Assembly: GCA_034431765.1 (NCBI GenBank)
Contig: DAOUDD010000010.1
Span: 23,403-87,402 of the forward strand
Direction of reading: 5' to 3'
DNA: 64,000 nucleotides
Origin: Ktedonobacteraceae bacterium
GTDB lineage: Bacteria > Chloroflexota > Ktedonobacteria > Ktedonobacterales > Ktedonobacteraceae
A model generated the notes under the pieces. It worked only from the letters and a program-made list of their open reading frames with translations, was not told the origin of the DNA and did no database searches. Below, piece after piece: positions 17,715 through 28,239 of this stretch; position 1 is the first letter of the stretch, and the number at the start of each line of letters is the position of its first letter. A program made the position numbers and the translations under genes.

Positions 17715-18908
17715 ATGTTCAAGCGTAACTTACGAACACTGATTATCAGCCTCGGCATTCTAGGAGTGGTGGTCGCACTCATTCTTACCTCTGTCGCAAC
17801 GAACACTTTCGCGGCAAGCCACAATAGTTCAGGCGATAGCAATCGAGCAGCCCAACGTGGAGATGGAGATAATGATGGGAATGAGAGAGTACAGACGATC
17901 AATAACCTCAAGCGTATCTCGCTTGTAGGCAGCACTGCTGCGATTCTGGACCCGAAAGGGCAACACACCGTTATGGCAGATGCAAATCCTTACAAGGTTG
18001 TCATCGTGCCAGACAATATAAACATGCCAGGCTTGAAGGCTGGAGATCTTCTGGTAAGCAATATTGGAGGGGAAGATAAAGGGACGACGCTGGTCAGCTT
18101 CCCTAAGAAGATGGGCCCAGGGCATCAGTTTAATGTGATGGAGAGTGCTGGTCTTGTTGGCCCTGCGGGTATTGCCTTCAACATGCAAAGCGGCACAATC
18201 TGGGTTGCTTGTATGGGAGCGAACGATGTACAAATTCTGAAGCCGGACGGCAACGTTTTCTCCACCATCACAAGTGGCATGTTCGCTAAACCCTGGGGTA
18301 TTACAAGTAATAATGGAATGGCGAATAAAGCGATTGGTTCGACAGGAGCCTTCTTCGTGAGTAACGTTGCAGATGCAACGATTGACCGCATTGACATTCT
18401 GCCTCAAAGAGGACAGGCACTCCCGCAGTTTAAGGTCACACAAATCGCACAACTTACAAAAAATGGTGAAAAGACGAAAAGCGAGTTGCGCTGGCTCCCC
18501 AAACTGAACGTCAAGGGCAAAGAGCTAAAAGACGTCCTTCTTGCAATCGATCCAGCAAATAATCGTATCGCGGCCTTCCCTAACAGTAGCACAATAGCTA
18601 AAGCTGCTAACCAGGGTGTGACAGTCTTCCAGGGCAAACCGCTCAATGTCCCAGGTGGATTTGCTATCAACCCGATCAACGGTGATCTGCTGGTGGTTAA
18701 CCTTGCTGACAACAACATGGTAGAACTCAACATGGCCAGAGGCAAAGTTGTCGCCACAAAACAGGTTGACAACGTTCCAGTTGATCCAACCAACAACAAT
18801 GGTTCAGCTCTTTTCGGTGTCACAGCAACGAAAGACGAACAAGGCAACCTGCTTGTCTACTACACAGACGACAACACAAACGCACTGCACATGCTCAGTA
18901 GATCTTAG
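17715..18908 (+). CDS. membrane-anchored/secreted beta-propeller-like repeat protein (NHL/SMP-30-like)
   Basis: Start at MFKRNLRTLIISLGILGVVVALIL (signal/anchor) behind TAGGAG. Repeated segments of the type GPAGIAFN..G.IWVA, PWGITSN and PGGFAINP.NGDLLVVN. Confidence 0.6.
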   Translation: MFKRNLRTLIISLGILGVVVALILTSVATNTFAASHNSSGDSNRAAQRGDGDNDGNERVQTINNLKRISLVGSTAAILDPKGQHTVMADANPYKVVIVPDNINMPGLKAGDLLVSNIGGEDKGTTLVSFPKKMGPGHQFNVMESAGLVGPAGIAFNMQSGTIWVACMGANDVQILKPDGNVFSTITSGMFAKPWGITSNNGMANKAIGSTGAFFVSNVADATIDRIDILPQRGQALPQFKVTQIAQLTKNGEKTKSELRWLPKLNVKGKELKDVLLAIDPANNRIAAFPNSSTIAKAANQGVTVFQGKPLNVPGGFAINPINGDLLVVNLADNNMVELNMARGKVVATKQVDNVPVDPTNNNGSALFGVTATKDEQGNLLVYYTDDNTNALHMLSRS

Positions 18909-18919
18909 TCTCGCTCTCC

Positions 18920-18953
18920 AACGTTCCCAGGTATTCGTACCTGGGAACGTTTT
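18920..18953 (+). terminator. intrinsic terminator
   Basis: Perfect 14-bp stem AACGTTCCCAGGTA / TACCTGGGAACGTT, loop TTCG, then TT. Confidence 0.8.
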
Positions 18954-19397
18954 GCAAGATCGTGGAAGAACGATACAGGAAACGATTTTTACTTCTCCCC
19001 TTGACGCTCCTGGTCTATTTAACACACCTCCTCACTTTCTGAAGAATATGACAGCCAGAATGAGCTGGAAACTGTCAAGCGCATTGTTAAAGTTTTCTCA
19101 TTCAGAGCATCGCGTCTTTTTTGTCACAAGTTATACAAGTTACATAGGAACGTTATAGTAAAGAGAAGCTTATCTTTTCAAAGTTTATGTAGAGTTCTAC
19201 CAGGTAGTAGACAGAATGGAGTACTTTTCCTTCTCTACATCCATGAGATTTATCCTATTTTTGTAGCAATCCCTGCTAAAACTACACAGCGAGGAGAGAT
19301 TTGTTGACCGGCTCTGTATGCTTACGGAGTATGGCTGAGGAATGTAAGAAAAGAAGAAAAGAGTTTTCGTTTATTTACGAATGAGGAGATTCAAGGC

Positions 19398-20255
19398 ATG
19401 GAAACTACTACGCCATCAAACGACGAAACGCAAACTCAAAATAGCTATATTATTGATTCAGAGCGAGCGGCGGAACTGCAACGGTTGCGCATTCAAGACC
19501 AGCTCATTACAGAAGAGATGGGAGGATCTTTGCCGGAGTTGTCCGACCTCTCGGCCTTTAAACGGGTGCTTGATGTCGCCTGCGGACCAGGTGATTGGGC
19601 TCTAACGCTTGCTCAGGATAACCCACATCTAGAGGTAGTTGGTATTGATATCAGTCAAAGAATGATTCATTTTGCCAATGCACGCAGGTTGGCAAATACA
19701 ACGTTTCGTATAATGGATATATTGAATCCACTTGATTTTCCTGACGAAAGCTTTGATATTGTCAACGCGCGTTTACTCTTTGCAGTTCTTCCCAGGAGCA
19801 ATTGGCTGCAATTGCTGGCGGAATGCCACCGTATTTTGCGACCGGGCGGCTTTTTGCGCTTATGTGAGTCCGAATGGATCGTAACAAACAAAGAATCGAA
19901 TCAGCGTTTCAATAGATTGATAGCACAGGCGTTGTATCGTTCAGGTCACAGTTTCTCACCGGACGGTTATCAGATAGGCATCACACCTATGTTAACAGGT
20001 TTCCTCAAAGAGGGAGGTTTTCACAGCATTCGGCATCGTGCCTTTGCCATTGATTGTTCCTTTGGAGAAGAGGGACACAAAGCGACAGGTGAGAATGGTC
20101 GAATCGCAGGACTGCTACTACAACCATTTCTTCTAAAAATGGGAGTTGCCACACAGGAGGAACTGGCTGAGTTGTACGAACAGGCCTTTCAAGACTTTGA
20201 AGCTCCCGATTTTCGCGCCTGCTGGTCCTTCCTTGTAGCCTGGGGAAGGAAATAA
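19398..20255 (+). CDS. class I SAM-dependent methyltransferase
   Basis: Motif I VLDVACGPGDW and post-I/II motifs. Paralogous to 51085..51981, with a shared N-terminal Y(I/V)IDxExAAE..(R/A)Lxx(Q)D.L segment. Confidence 0.85.
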   Translation: METTTPSNDETQTQNSYIIDSERAAELQRLRIQDQLITEEMGGSLPELSDLSAFKRVLDVACGPGDWALTLAQDNPHLEVVGIDISQRMIHFANARRLANTTFRIMDILNPLDFPDESFDIVNARLLFAVLPRSNWLQLLAECHRILRPGGFLRLCESEWIVTNKESNQRFNRLIAQALYRSGHSFSPDGYQIGITPMLTGFLKEGGFHSIRHRAFAIDCSFGEEGHKATGENGRIAGLLLQPFLLKMGVATQEELAELYEQAFQDFEAPDFRACWSFLVAWGRK

Positions 20256-20414
20256 GGGAGAAAAAGTCCTATTATCCACCTTCTCGAAAGGCTTGATCTC
20301 CAGTTCAAGTGATATGATAACGAGAGATTTCAGATTTCTGTACAGCAGGATTGAAGGACAAATCCCTGTTGACAAGGCAACAATCACTGATGGAGAAAGA
20401 AGGAAAATACAGGA

Positions 20415-21014
20415 ATGACAACACGCGATACTCGCCTTGATGGGCCACCCTTTGGTGACTGGAAGGTAGCTATTCCTTTGCCTAAGGATGAAGAACTTTC
20501 CCAGGAACATCGTGAGCAACTTGCAAGGATGGCACCGATCAATGTCGTTCGTATGTTTGCTGGTACAGAAGACCTTTTTCATGGAAGTGCAGCTCTCTCT
20601 CAAGCCATCTTCACCTCCAAAGATATCGATCCCAGATTGCGGGAGATCTTGATGTTGCGCATCGCCCATCTTCTCAATTGCGCGTATGAATGGCAGGCAA
20701 ATGTGGCATTTGGACGAAATGTTGGGCTGACCGATGATCAGATTGCTTTGTTACGCAACGATGGTCCAGTTACCGAGCTAGATGCGGTGAGCAATCTGAT
20801 CTGTCATGTTACAGACGAAATAACATTGCATCATGAGGTAAGCGACGAGGCACTGTCTCAACTGATCGCTCTCTATGGTCCTAGAATTGCTTCCAAATAT
20901 ATCCTCACAATCAGTTGGTTCAATCTGCTAGGCAGCTTCTTGCTCTCGACAAGAGTGCCACTCGAAACTGACGCCGCAGCGCTTGCAAGCCGAACATCAC
21001 CGTTTGAACCATAA
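20415..21014 (+). CDS. carboxymuconolactone decarboxylase (AhpD-like) family protein
   Basis: REILMLRIAHLLNCAYEWQANV.. helical CMD-type motif; 199 aa. Confidence 0.7.
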   Translation: MTTRDTRLDGPPFGDWKVAIPLPKDEELSQEHREQLARMAPINVVRMFAGTEDLFHGSAALSQAIFTSKDIDPRLREILMLRIAHLLNCAYEWQANVAFGRNVGLTDDQIALLRNDGPVTELDAVSNLICHVTDEITLHHEVSDEALSQLIALYGPRIASKYILTISWFNLLGSFLLSTRVPLETDAAALASRTSPFEP

Positions 21015-21086
21015 CAATTTCTTCTCAAAGGACTCAATGGTACTTGTGACCATCGAGCCCTTCTGTTTGAGCATACCTGGCATTTT

Positions 21087-24000
21087 TTAGGCAGGCCAGA
21101 CATCGACGAGATAGCGGTTGCTTGCGACGAGGTTGTCGAGCCAGTGTTGAGCCTGTTGCTCATCGTTGCCAGTCATGTCACGATAGACAGCGGTGAATGC
21201 TTGCTGTACGGTTGGAGCCATGTTGCTGGCATCACCACAGATGTAGATGATAGCACCGTCATTGAGCGCCTGCCAGACGCGCTCTTTCTGCTGACGAATT
21301 GCATCCTGGACGTACATCTTCGGGTGGTTTTCCCAGCGGGAGAACGCGGTGAAGAGTTCTATGATGCCCTCGCGTTGAAAGTTGTGCAACTCCTCTCTGT
21401 AGAGAAAATCTTGCTCTGGATGGCGGCAGCCAAAGAAGAGGAGCGAAGAAGCGATATGCTCTCCTTGCACTTGTAGAGCGGCTCGCTCCTGTAAGAAGCC
21501 CCGGAACGGGGCCAGACCTGTTCCGGGTCCTACCATAATGAGCGGAGTTGTGGGGTTTTCGGGCAGCATGAAGAGCGAATTGGTATCCTGCACAAAGGCG
21601 TAGATCTCATCTCCCTCTTTCTGATGCAGCAAGTAGTCTGTACAAACACCATGGTATTGTCCGTGTCCAGAACGTGCCGGTCCATCTACCACCACAAAAG
21701 TCAGGCTACATGCGCGTGGATTCTGAAGCGGTGATGACGAGATCGAGTAGTAGCGCGGGCGCAAAGCAGGGAGCTGCTCCAGGTAGAGGTTGAAGGGCAG
21801 CTCGCATGCCGCAAACTCTTCGAGCACGTCGATCAGAGATTTGCGTTTCGCAAAAATCTCTTCTTTATAAAGAGTAGCACCGGCCTCGTCCTCTGCTGAA
21901 AGTGCATGGAGACGCCGTTTTTCAGGTGGACATTGTGTATGCTCAGCCAGCAATTGAAGCTGCTTGCGCGTCGCAACATCCTGCAATTCGACGTAATCAG
22001 CCAGCAAGTCATAGACTGAGATGGGCTGCTCAACCGGCAATGTCGTTTTGCGTTTATCGCTCTTGTGAAGGACGATCTTCGTGTTCTTGTGGAAGCCGAA
22101 GCGGCGTGCAACCCGCTCAATCTGTTCGCGGCTATTGCGTGGAATAACGCCCAGATGTAGCCCAGTTCGATACATCACGCCCTCAGGTAGCGCTATCTCC
22201 ATATGGCGGGCGGAACGTTCGGAGGGATGCAGCCCTTCTTTCTGATGCAGTTCGCGGTTGACAAGCACTTTCAGCGCATGCGCACCAAATGAGGCCACAA
22301 TAGGATGGGTATGCTCTACATCTACCACCTCAACCTCGATGTTGCCTACGCTGGCCCGCTCTGGTAGCGCATTGGCCAGGCCAAATTCTTTGTAGAGTGC
22401 CTCCCATAGGTGAGAGTACCAGGACTCGAACTGCCCATCGAAGTCATCGCGCGCATCTCCCTCGCCACGAGGATAGACACGTTTCGCACCGAAGCGCTCT
22501 AGCTGGCTGTCAACCAGGCGAGGGGTAGCCTGAAAAGTGCCAGCCCAGTCACGGTTGCCACAGCCAAAGACGGTGTAACGGACACCAGCAAGCGCATTGC
22601 GCGACAATTCGCTAGCCTTGAGCCAGTCACAGAATTGCTCAGCGTTGTCGGGTGGTGTACCATTATATGATGAGGTGACGACGACAAGCGCACCCTCTTT
22701 TGGAAGTTTACCCGTGTAGTCATCCATCGAGGCAACCGTTGTAGCCAAACCACGATCCTCGCCGTCGTTGGCAATCCGATTCGCCAGATCTTCAGATGTG
22801 CCCATATTGGAGCCGAAGAGGACAAGCAATGAGGTCCCGTGCGATTGCACTTCAGGCTTCGCAACCGACTCTTGTCGGACTGGCGCACCCCCAACTGTTA
22901 GCGGCTTCACCTGGACAATCGTGCGCTCCGCGTCTGTACGTTTGCGGATCTGAATCTTGAAATCTTCTGGTTTGAGCGTGAGTGCCTCACGTACTTTGAA
23001 TTGATAGTGCTTATGATCGACGAACTTGTAGCGCTGCAGCAGGATGCCCAGGACCAGCGTCGCTTCCTGTAAAGCAAACTGCCTGCCAATACAGGCACGT
23101 TGACCATTGCCGAAGGGCTTATACGCGTTAGCAGGTCGATTCTGCTCCACAGCTTGAGCAAAGCGCTCAGGATCAAACTCCTCCGCGTTATCTCCCCAGA
23201 TGGCGGGGTCGCGATGCAACATCGGAATCAGAACGGAGACCTGGTCTTCGGGGGTGAGGTGATACTTGCCACCCAGCGTTGTCTCTTCATATGGGTAGAG
23301 TGCGAAAAGTGGCGCAGTCGGCCAGAGACGGAGCGTTTCTTTGAGAATTTGCGAGACATATTGCAGACCATTGACCTGCTTGAACGTCGGCTGCACATGT
23401 AAATCACTCCCGAGGACGCGATCCACTTCTGCGTATGCTTTTGCCAGCACCTCTGGATGATGCAACAAATTATAAAGTGCGAAGGAGAGTAGACCACTGG
23501 TCGTTTCATGACCGGCAATTAAGAAAGTGATGATCTGGTAGCGAATATTCACATCATCCAGCTTTTCACCCGTCTCCTTATCAGCACCATTGAGCATGTA
23601 GCTCAACAGGTCTTTCTTGTCGGATGCCCCTTCGCCAGCGTGTTTGCGCTCTTGAATGATACGGTCAACCGTCGAGTTCATCAGCTCAACGTCTTCCTGG
23701 AACTGTTTATTGTGCAGGAAGAGCAGCTTGTTGCTGAGCGGAAGACGGTGCAGACGTTCCAACGACTCGCGCAGTGCTCGCATCATACTGTTGACAAAGG
23801 GATGCATATCCTCGCGGTAAAACGAGTTGAAACGGTAATCGAAACCGCACAGCCCGATGGTATCGAGCGTCAGACGGGTCATGTCTCCGACAACATCGAT
23901 TTCATCATCGGCATTGAGGCGATCCCACTTGCCCACAAGCTGTTCCGCGATATCCAGCATCATCGGCAGATACCCCTGCATTGCACGCATGCTGAAGTTG

Positions 24001-24338
24001 GGAAGAAGGATATTGTGCGCTTTGTGCCAGTTGGGTTCCTGGGTATGTGCGGTAAAGAGCCCATCCCCAGCAAAAGAGCGTACATTTTGCAGCGGTGCCC
24101 AGACTTTTTTATCGAAGCGCTTCTCGTCACATAGCTCGTCTGTTAGCTCGAAGCTAGAGACGACAATCTGTTTGCGACCGGGAAACGTTAATTGGTAGAT
24201 CGGTCCATACTCTCGTGTCAGGCGCATCAGATCCTGTACTGGGGTCTCACCGCTGACATCGAGCGTATTGCCAATAAAAATTTTCTCTTTTGGTTGTGGA
24301 ATTTCTTCAAAAGTTGTGTGTGTCTTCATAGCTTGCAT
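21087..24338 (-). CDS. self-sufficient cytochrome P450 / NADPH-P450 reductase fusion (CYP102, P450-BM3-like)
   Basis: Near-colinear with BM3: IPQPK.., AGHETTSG, haem loop FGNGQRACIGRQFALQEA, then flavodoxin-like FMN and FAD/NADPH domains (RYYSISSSP, MVGPGTGLAPFRGF); 1083 aa. Confidence 0.95.
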   Translation of the reverse strand: MQAMKTHTTFEEIPQPKEKIFIGNTLDVSGETPVQDLMRLTREYGPIYQLTFPGRKQIVVSSFELTDELCDEKRFDKKVWAPLQNVRSFAGDGLFTAHTQEPNWHKAHNILLPNFSMRAMQGYLPMMLDIAEQLVGKWDRLNADDEIDVVGDMTRLTLDTIGLCGFDYRFNSFYREDMHPFVNSMMRALRESLERLHRLPLSNKLLFLHNKQFQEDVELMNSTVDRIIQERKHAGEGASDKKDLLSYMLNGADKETGEKLDDVNIRYQIITFLIAGHETTSGLLSFALYNLLHHPEVLAKAYAEVDRVLGSDLHVQPTFKQVNGLQYVSQILKETLRLWPTAPLFALYPYEETTLGGKYHLTPEDQVSVLIPMLHRDPAIWGDNAEEFDPERFAQAVEQNRPANAYKPFGNGQRACIGRQFALQEATLVLGILLQRYKFVDHKHYQFKVREALTLKPEDFKIQIRKRTDAERTIVQVKPLTVGGAPVRQESVAKPEVQSHGTSLLVLFGSNMGTSEDLANRIANDGEDRGLATTVASMDDYTGKLPKEGALVVVTSSYNGTPPDNAEQFCDWLKASELSRNALAGVRYTVFGCGNRDWAGTFQATPRLVDSQLERFGAKRVYPRGEGDARDDFDGQFESWYSHLWEALYKEFGLANALPERASVGNIEVEVVDVEHTHPIVASFGAHALKVLVNRELHQKEGLHPSERSARHMEIALPEGVMYRTGLHLGVIPRNSREQIERVARRFGFHKNTKIVLHKSDKRKTTLPVEQPISVYDLLADYVELQDVATRKQLQLLAEHTQCPPEKRRLHALSAEDEAGATLYKEEIFAKRKSLIDVLEEFAACELPFNLYLEQLPALRPRYYSISSSPLQNPRACSLTFVVVDGPARSGHGQYHGVCTDYLLHQKEGDEIYAFVQDTNSLFMLPENPTTPLIMVGPGTGLAPFRGFLQERAALQVQGEHIASSLLFFGCRHPEQDFLYREELHNFQREGIIELFTAFSRWENHPKMYVQDAIRQQKERVWQALNDGAIIYICGDASNMAPTVQQAFTAVYRDMTGNDEQQAQHWLDNLVASNRYLVDVWPA

Positions 24339-24419
24339 TTCCGTATATGCTTTATATTGTATCCCTGTCTCTGGAGATATATCTATACCTCAGGCACATT
24401 ACAAACGTGCCATCACTTT

Positions 24420-25052
24420 TCAAGAGGCGGTATCTTCGCCGGTGATAAGTCCGCGAGGCAAGCCCCGAGAGAGCAGAAGTAACACTTGCTCAGCCATCAT
24501 ATCTGGCAAAGGCTCATCTTGTTCAAACCACCAGATGATGCCCTGAGTAATAACACCGGTAATGAGACGCGAGAGCAGGACGAGATCATAGCCCGGCAAC
24601 TGTCCCTGTGCCGCGACACGTTCGAGCATATTCATCAGCCCTTGCGCAATCATATCTTGCACGTGAAATGTACGGGCGGCTTGACCCCCACTGGTCAAGC
24701 CAATACGAAAGAGGTCACGCTGCTCGTACGCATGCTGAAAAATGGCTTGTACGATCCCTGCTAGTGTCGGCTGCCCATGTCGCCTCACCTCTATCGTCAC
24801 TTGCTCACGCAGACTGTGCAGCACCTCTTCGATGAGCGTGTTAAATGCCTCATCTTTATCACGAAAGTGCAGATAGAATGTACCAACCCCAACATCGGCG
24901 GCGGCTGTGATGTCGAGAATGCTCGTGTCGTGATAGCCGCGTTGGGCAAACACTTTACGCGCCGCCGCTAATAAATCAGCCCGTGTCCGCTCACGCTTCT
25001 TCGCAGCACGTTGTGGTCTGGAACTCTGTTGATTTTCTGAATCTCTATTCAT
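24420..25052 (-). CDS. TetR-family transcriptional regulator
   Basis: Internal ATG 25052. HTH region RADLLAAARKVFAQRGYHDTSILDITAAADVGVGTFYLHF. Lies immediately upstream of and co-oriented with the P450. Confidence 0.88.
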   Translation of the reverse strand: MNRDSENQQSSRPQRAAKKRERTRADLLAAARKVFAQRGYHDTSILDITAAADVGVGTFYLHFRDKDEAFNTLIEEVLHSLREQVTIEVRRHGQPTLAGIVQAIFQHAYEQRDLFRIGLTSGGQAARTFHVQDMIAQGLMNMLERVAAQGQLPGYDLVLLSRLITGVITQGIIWWFEQDEPLPDMMAEQVLLLLSRGLPRGLITGEDTAS

Positions 25053-25117
25053 AACTGAATTATAATTCGCTTTTAGAGCTGTGTCAAGTGGTGAAGCAAT
25101 ATGTCTTCCAAAGTAGA

Positions 25118-25155
25118 GCAAGAGGGATGCGATTCTGAAGTCGCATCCCTCTTGC
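25118..25155 (-). terminator. intrinsic terminator after the lutBA fusion gene
   Basis: Perfect 15-bp stem GCAAGAGGGATGCGA / TCGCATCCCTCTTGC with an 8-nt loop, 30 nt after the stop. Confidence 0.75.
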
Positions 25156-25184
25156 AGTAACATGCTTTCTCCTAAATATTCTTC

Positions 25185-27548
25185 CTACTCCAGATGCTCG
25201 GCGAGCAGTTGCGCGAGGTGGAGGACGCGAAGGGGTCGTCCCTGAGCATCAACGCCTCCACGCAGGTGCATCAGGCAACCGGGATTGTCGGCTACTAGCA
25301 GGGGAGCGCCTGTCGCTTCGGCGTTTTTTAGCTTGTTTGCCAGCAACTTCTTGGCAACGGCAGGATGCTCTAATGAGGTTGAGCCTCCAAAACCACAACA
25401 CACATCGGACTGCGCCATCTCGCGCAATTCTAATCCCAATGTCTCCTGAATAATACGACGTGGCTCAGTGCGTATCCCAAGGCAGTTACAGGACTGGCAG
25501 GAGTCATGATACGTTATGCTCTCTTTTTTCTGTATGTCTTCACGAACCGGAAGCTTCATGCCACGAGAGAGCACGACACGCTCTAGAAAACTGGTGAAAT
25601 CCAGGATTTTCTCTGCGAGCACCTGTGTACGCTGTAACCAGCCGTGCAACCCCAGATCTTCAAACAGGCGCAGGTAGTCCTGCACAATTGTTACAACACA
25701 ACTGGTGGAGGCGCTGACGATATAGTCGGCATTGTTCTGCTCAAACTCTCTCTCCAACAGCACAATCGTCTGCTTCGCCATAACCACCCCATCACGCCGA
25801 TCTCCTGAATTCAATGCAGGCAACCCACAACAATTCTGCTGCTGCGGAAAGGTTACTCTTATCCCCAGAGCATGCAATACCTTGAGCACAGCCTCCCCCA
25901 TCTCAGGGTAGAGGCGGTCAGTCATGCAGCCTGCGAAGTAACAGACAGTTATATTAAAAGTACCTCTTTGTTTTTGACTATAAGAAGAGGCATGTGTGTG
26001 CACACGATCACGGAGTGGACGGAGGACAAAGGCGGGTAGGCTGCGCCAGGATGCAAGGGCAGCGAGCGATTTCAGTAAAGGAAGTCGAGCGAGCAAGCCC
26101 ATACTTCGTGTGCGTACATACTGACTGCCACGTGTGAGCGGTAACTGACCGATGCTCCCTAAGCGTGTGAGCAAGCCAAAGATTCGTGGACGGGACATGA
26201 GCGCAAAAACAAGCTTCTTGATGTTCGGCAAACCCTTTTTCTCGACAGTGCGGCTACGCACATCAAGGATGAGGCTGGGAAGTGGAATTTCGACGGGACA
26301 GACGGTTTCGCAGGCGTTGCAGCTCACACACAGGCTTTGCGGCCCGGCGGCGGCTTCGATACCGTGGTGAAATGGTGTCACGACCAGACCAATTGCTCCG
26401 CTATAGATATGACCGAAGGAGTGGCCACCCACTTGCTGATATGGTGGACAGATATTGGCGCAAGCAGCGCAGCGAATGCAGCGCAGGGCATCTTTGAAAC
26501 GTGGATCGGCACGCATCTCGCTACGTCCGTTATCCACCAGCACGATATGCATCTCCTTCTCAGGTGTAGCAGGACCGGTGATGAAGGTGGTATAGCTTGT
26601 GATTACTTGAGCAGTTGCGCTACGGGCAAGTAGACGAAGTTGTGTCATCGCTTCAGCATAGGTGCCGATCAGTTTATCGTAGCCTGCAAGGACAACGTGT
26701 ACAGGTGGGAGTGATGTCACAAGACGACCATTTCCCTCATTGGTCATCATCATCACAGTGCCGCTCTCAGCAATCAGCGCATTGGCCCCGCTTATGCCCA
26801 TGCCAGCGGTTAAAAATGACTTGCGATGCTCGGTACGAATGACCGCTACCTGTTCCGCAACGTTCTCGCGTGAAATTTCCCTTCCGGTAGCCTGAGAGAG
26901 AATCTGTCCAACCTGCTGACGTGTCTTGTGAATAATCGGCATCACCATATGAGAAGGGCGCTCATGATCAAGCTGCGCAACCCACTCGCCGAGGTCCGTC
27001 TCTATAGGAGAAATACCACGTGCCTCCAGATAGTGATTCAGCTCGATCTCTTCGCTCACCATCGTTTTTGACTTTACAACTAGATCGATGCCCTTACGTT
27101 GACATAGCTCATACACATAACGATTCGCATCTTCTGCTGTTTTCGCCTCGTAGATAATGGCTCCGGCTGCCTCAGCCTGTGCTTTGAACTGCGCGAAGAG
27201 TTCTGGCTGCTGCTCAATAGCAGCGTCCTTTGCCTGCCGTAAAGTATGACGCAGATGCTCAAAGCTGTATGCGGGACCGTAGTCAGCTTCCTCATTCTCA
27301 AATACCTGCTGACGGGATTGTTTCCAGAAAGGGGCAAAACGTGCTAACGCACCTTGTAGATGAAAATCGCTCAGGGAATGCTGCAGACGCTCCTCAAAAG
27401 GCTGATGCTCGTTTGTCGGATTGCGATCATCCTTTTGCACGATGCCTTCGGCAGAGCTGGTATGTGTCAAAGCCTGTTGCGCCGCTGGTAGCGGCTGTGA
27501 AGCTACCGAGGAACGCTCTTGAGAGAATGAAGAGTGATGTGTAGTCAT
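25185..27548 (-). CDS. lutB: fused LutB-LutA-type lactate utilization Fe-S oxidoreductase
   Basis: N-terminal LUD/DUF162 region plus 2x[4Fe-4S] motifs (CIRCAACANICP, CVSCNACETVCP). The C-terminal half has two CCG cysteine-rich domains (FAGCMTD..QNCCGLP; HDSCQSCN..DVCCGFGGS). The start overlaps the lutC stop (ATGA). Confidence 0.85.
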   Translation of the reverse strand: MTTHHSSFSQERSSVASQPLPAAQQALTHTSSAEGIVQKDDRNPTNEHQPFEERLQHSLSDFHLQGALARFAPFWKQSRQQVFENEEADYGPAYSFEHLRHTLRQAKDAAIEQQPELFAQFKAQAEAAGAIIYEAKTAEDANRYVYELCQRKGIDLVVKSKTMVSEEIELNHYLEARGISPIETDLGEWVAQLDHERPSHMVMPIIHKTRQQVGQILSQATGREISRENVAEQVAVIRTEHRKSFLTAGMGISGANALIAESGTVMMMTNEGNGRLVTSLPPVHVVLAGYDKLIGTYAEAMTQLRLLARSATAQVITSYTTFITGPATPEKEMHIVLVDNGRSEMRADPRFKDALRCIRCAACANICPPYQQVGGHSFGHIYSGAIGLVVTPFHHGIEAAAGPQSLCVSCNACETVCPVEIPLPSLILDVRSRTVEKKGLPNIKKLVFALMSRPRIFGLLTRLGSIGQLPLTRGSQYVRTRSMGLLARLPLLKSLAALASWRSLPAFVLRPLRDRVHTHASSYSQKQRGTFNITVCYFAGCMTDRLYPEMGEAVLKVLHALGIRVTFPQQQNCCGLPALNSGDRRDGVVMAKQTIVLLEREFEQNNADYIVSASTSCVVTIVQDYLRLFEDLGLHGWLQRTQVLAEKILDFTSFLERVVLSRGMKLPVREDIQKKESITYHDSCQSCNCLGIRTEPRRIIQETLGLELREMAQSDVCCGFGGSTSLEHPAVAKKLLANKLKNAEATGAPLLVADNPGCLMHLRGGVDAQGRPLRVLHLAQLLAEHLE

Positions 27549-28120
27549 TGAGGCACTTCCATGTTTTGAACAAAAATGACATACAAGGTACGAGGTCCCT
27601 GAACACCGATGGTAAGCGTGCGCTCGATATCGGCGGTACGGCTGGGACCGGTGACCAGCGAGATATAGCGCCTCTGTCCTGCTCCTGGCCTTGTGTAGTG
27701 CTGGAGACGCACACCAACCTCATCAAGCATTGGCACAAGATCTGCAACACGAACCAGCACAAAATGAGTAAGTGTGAGCATGCTTACAATACGAGCTTCA
27801 AGCGCATTTTCCGTAAGTAAGACTGAACCTGTTTCAGCAACAGCTAGTTCGGCGGAAGAGAGGCCAGCCGGCGCGTCAGCAACTTCGGCTGGAGATGTTG
27901 CAGCATGGACCTGCACATCCTGTTGCCGAAGCAGTGGTATGATGTTTCCCCAGAGAAGGTGCTCAGAGAAGGCAGGCGGCACTATCAGGCTTTTCGCCAC
28001 GAGCGCCTCGTGTACAGCAATTACGCGCGCGGCATCCTGCAACGTCTCCACATATTGACAGTCTCCCCCAGCAGAAGTGAGGCGCTGTCTGAAGCGTTGA
28101 AGAAGATCACCACTATACAT
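27545..28120 (-). CDS. lutC: LutC-type lactate utilization protein (LUD domain)
   Basis: 191-aa LUD-domain-sized ORF behind AAAGGAGG, translationally coupled to lutBA. Confidence 0.75.
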   Translation of the reverse strand: MYSGDLLQRFRQRLTSAGGDCQYVETLQDAARVIAVHEALVAKSLIVPPAFSEHLLWGNIIPLLRQQDVQVHAATSPAEVADAPAGLSSAELAVAETGSVLLTENALEARIVSMLTLTHFVLVRVADLVPMLDEVGVRLQHYTRPGAGQRRYISLVTGPSRTADIERTLTIGVQGPRTLYVIFVQNMEVPQ

Positions 28121-28210
28121 ATGCCTCCTTTCGTTATCACAACTATCCTCTAGCTATGATATCATATTCTTACCGCACATATATTGCTCTTTGCTTCCGT
28201 TTTCGTTCTC

Positions 28211-28239
28211 TTGACAGAAAATGAAAGATATGTTATAAG
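28211..28239 (+). promoter_or_regulatory. candidate promoter of rhaR-rhaI-rhaB with embedded TGAAA-type repeats
   Basis: TTGACA (28211..28216), 17-nt spacer, TATAAG (28234..28239). The spacer and flanks contain GAAAATGAAAG and AAATGAAATGAATTGAAAC. Confidence 0.45.

Noticed and set aside
17829-18452. 207-aa minus-strand ORF (and the 18404..18847 ORF)
   Set aside because: Antisense to the beta-propeller gene, Cys/Arg-rich, and without a ribosome-binding site. Judged to be shadow ORFs.
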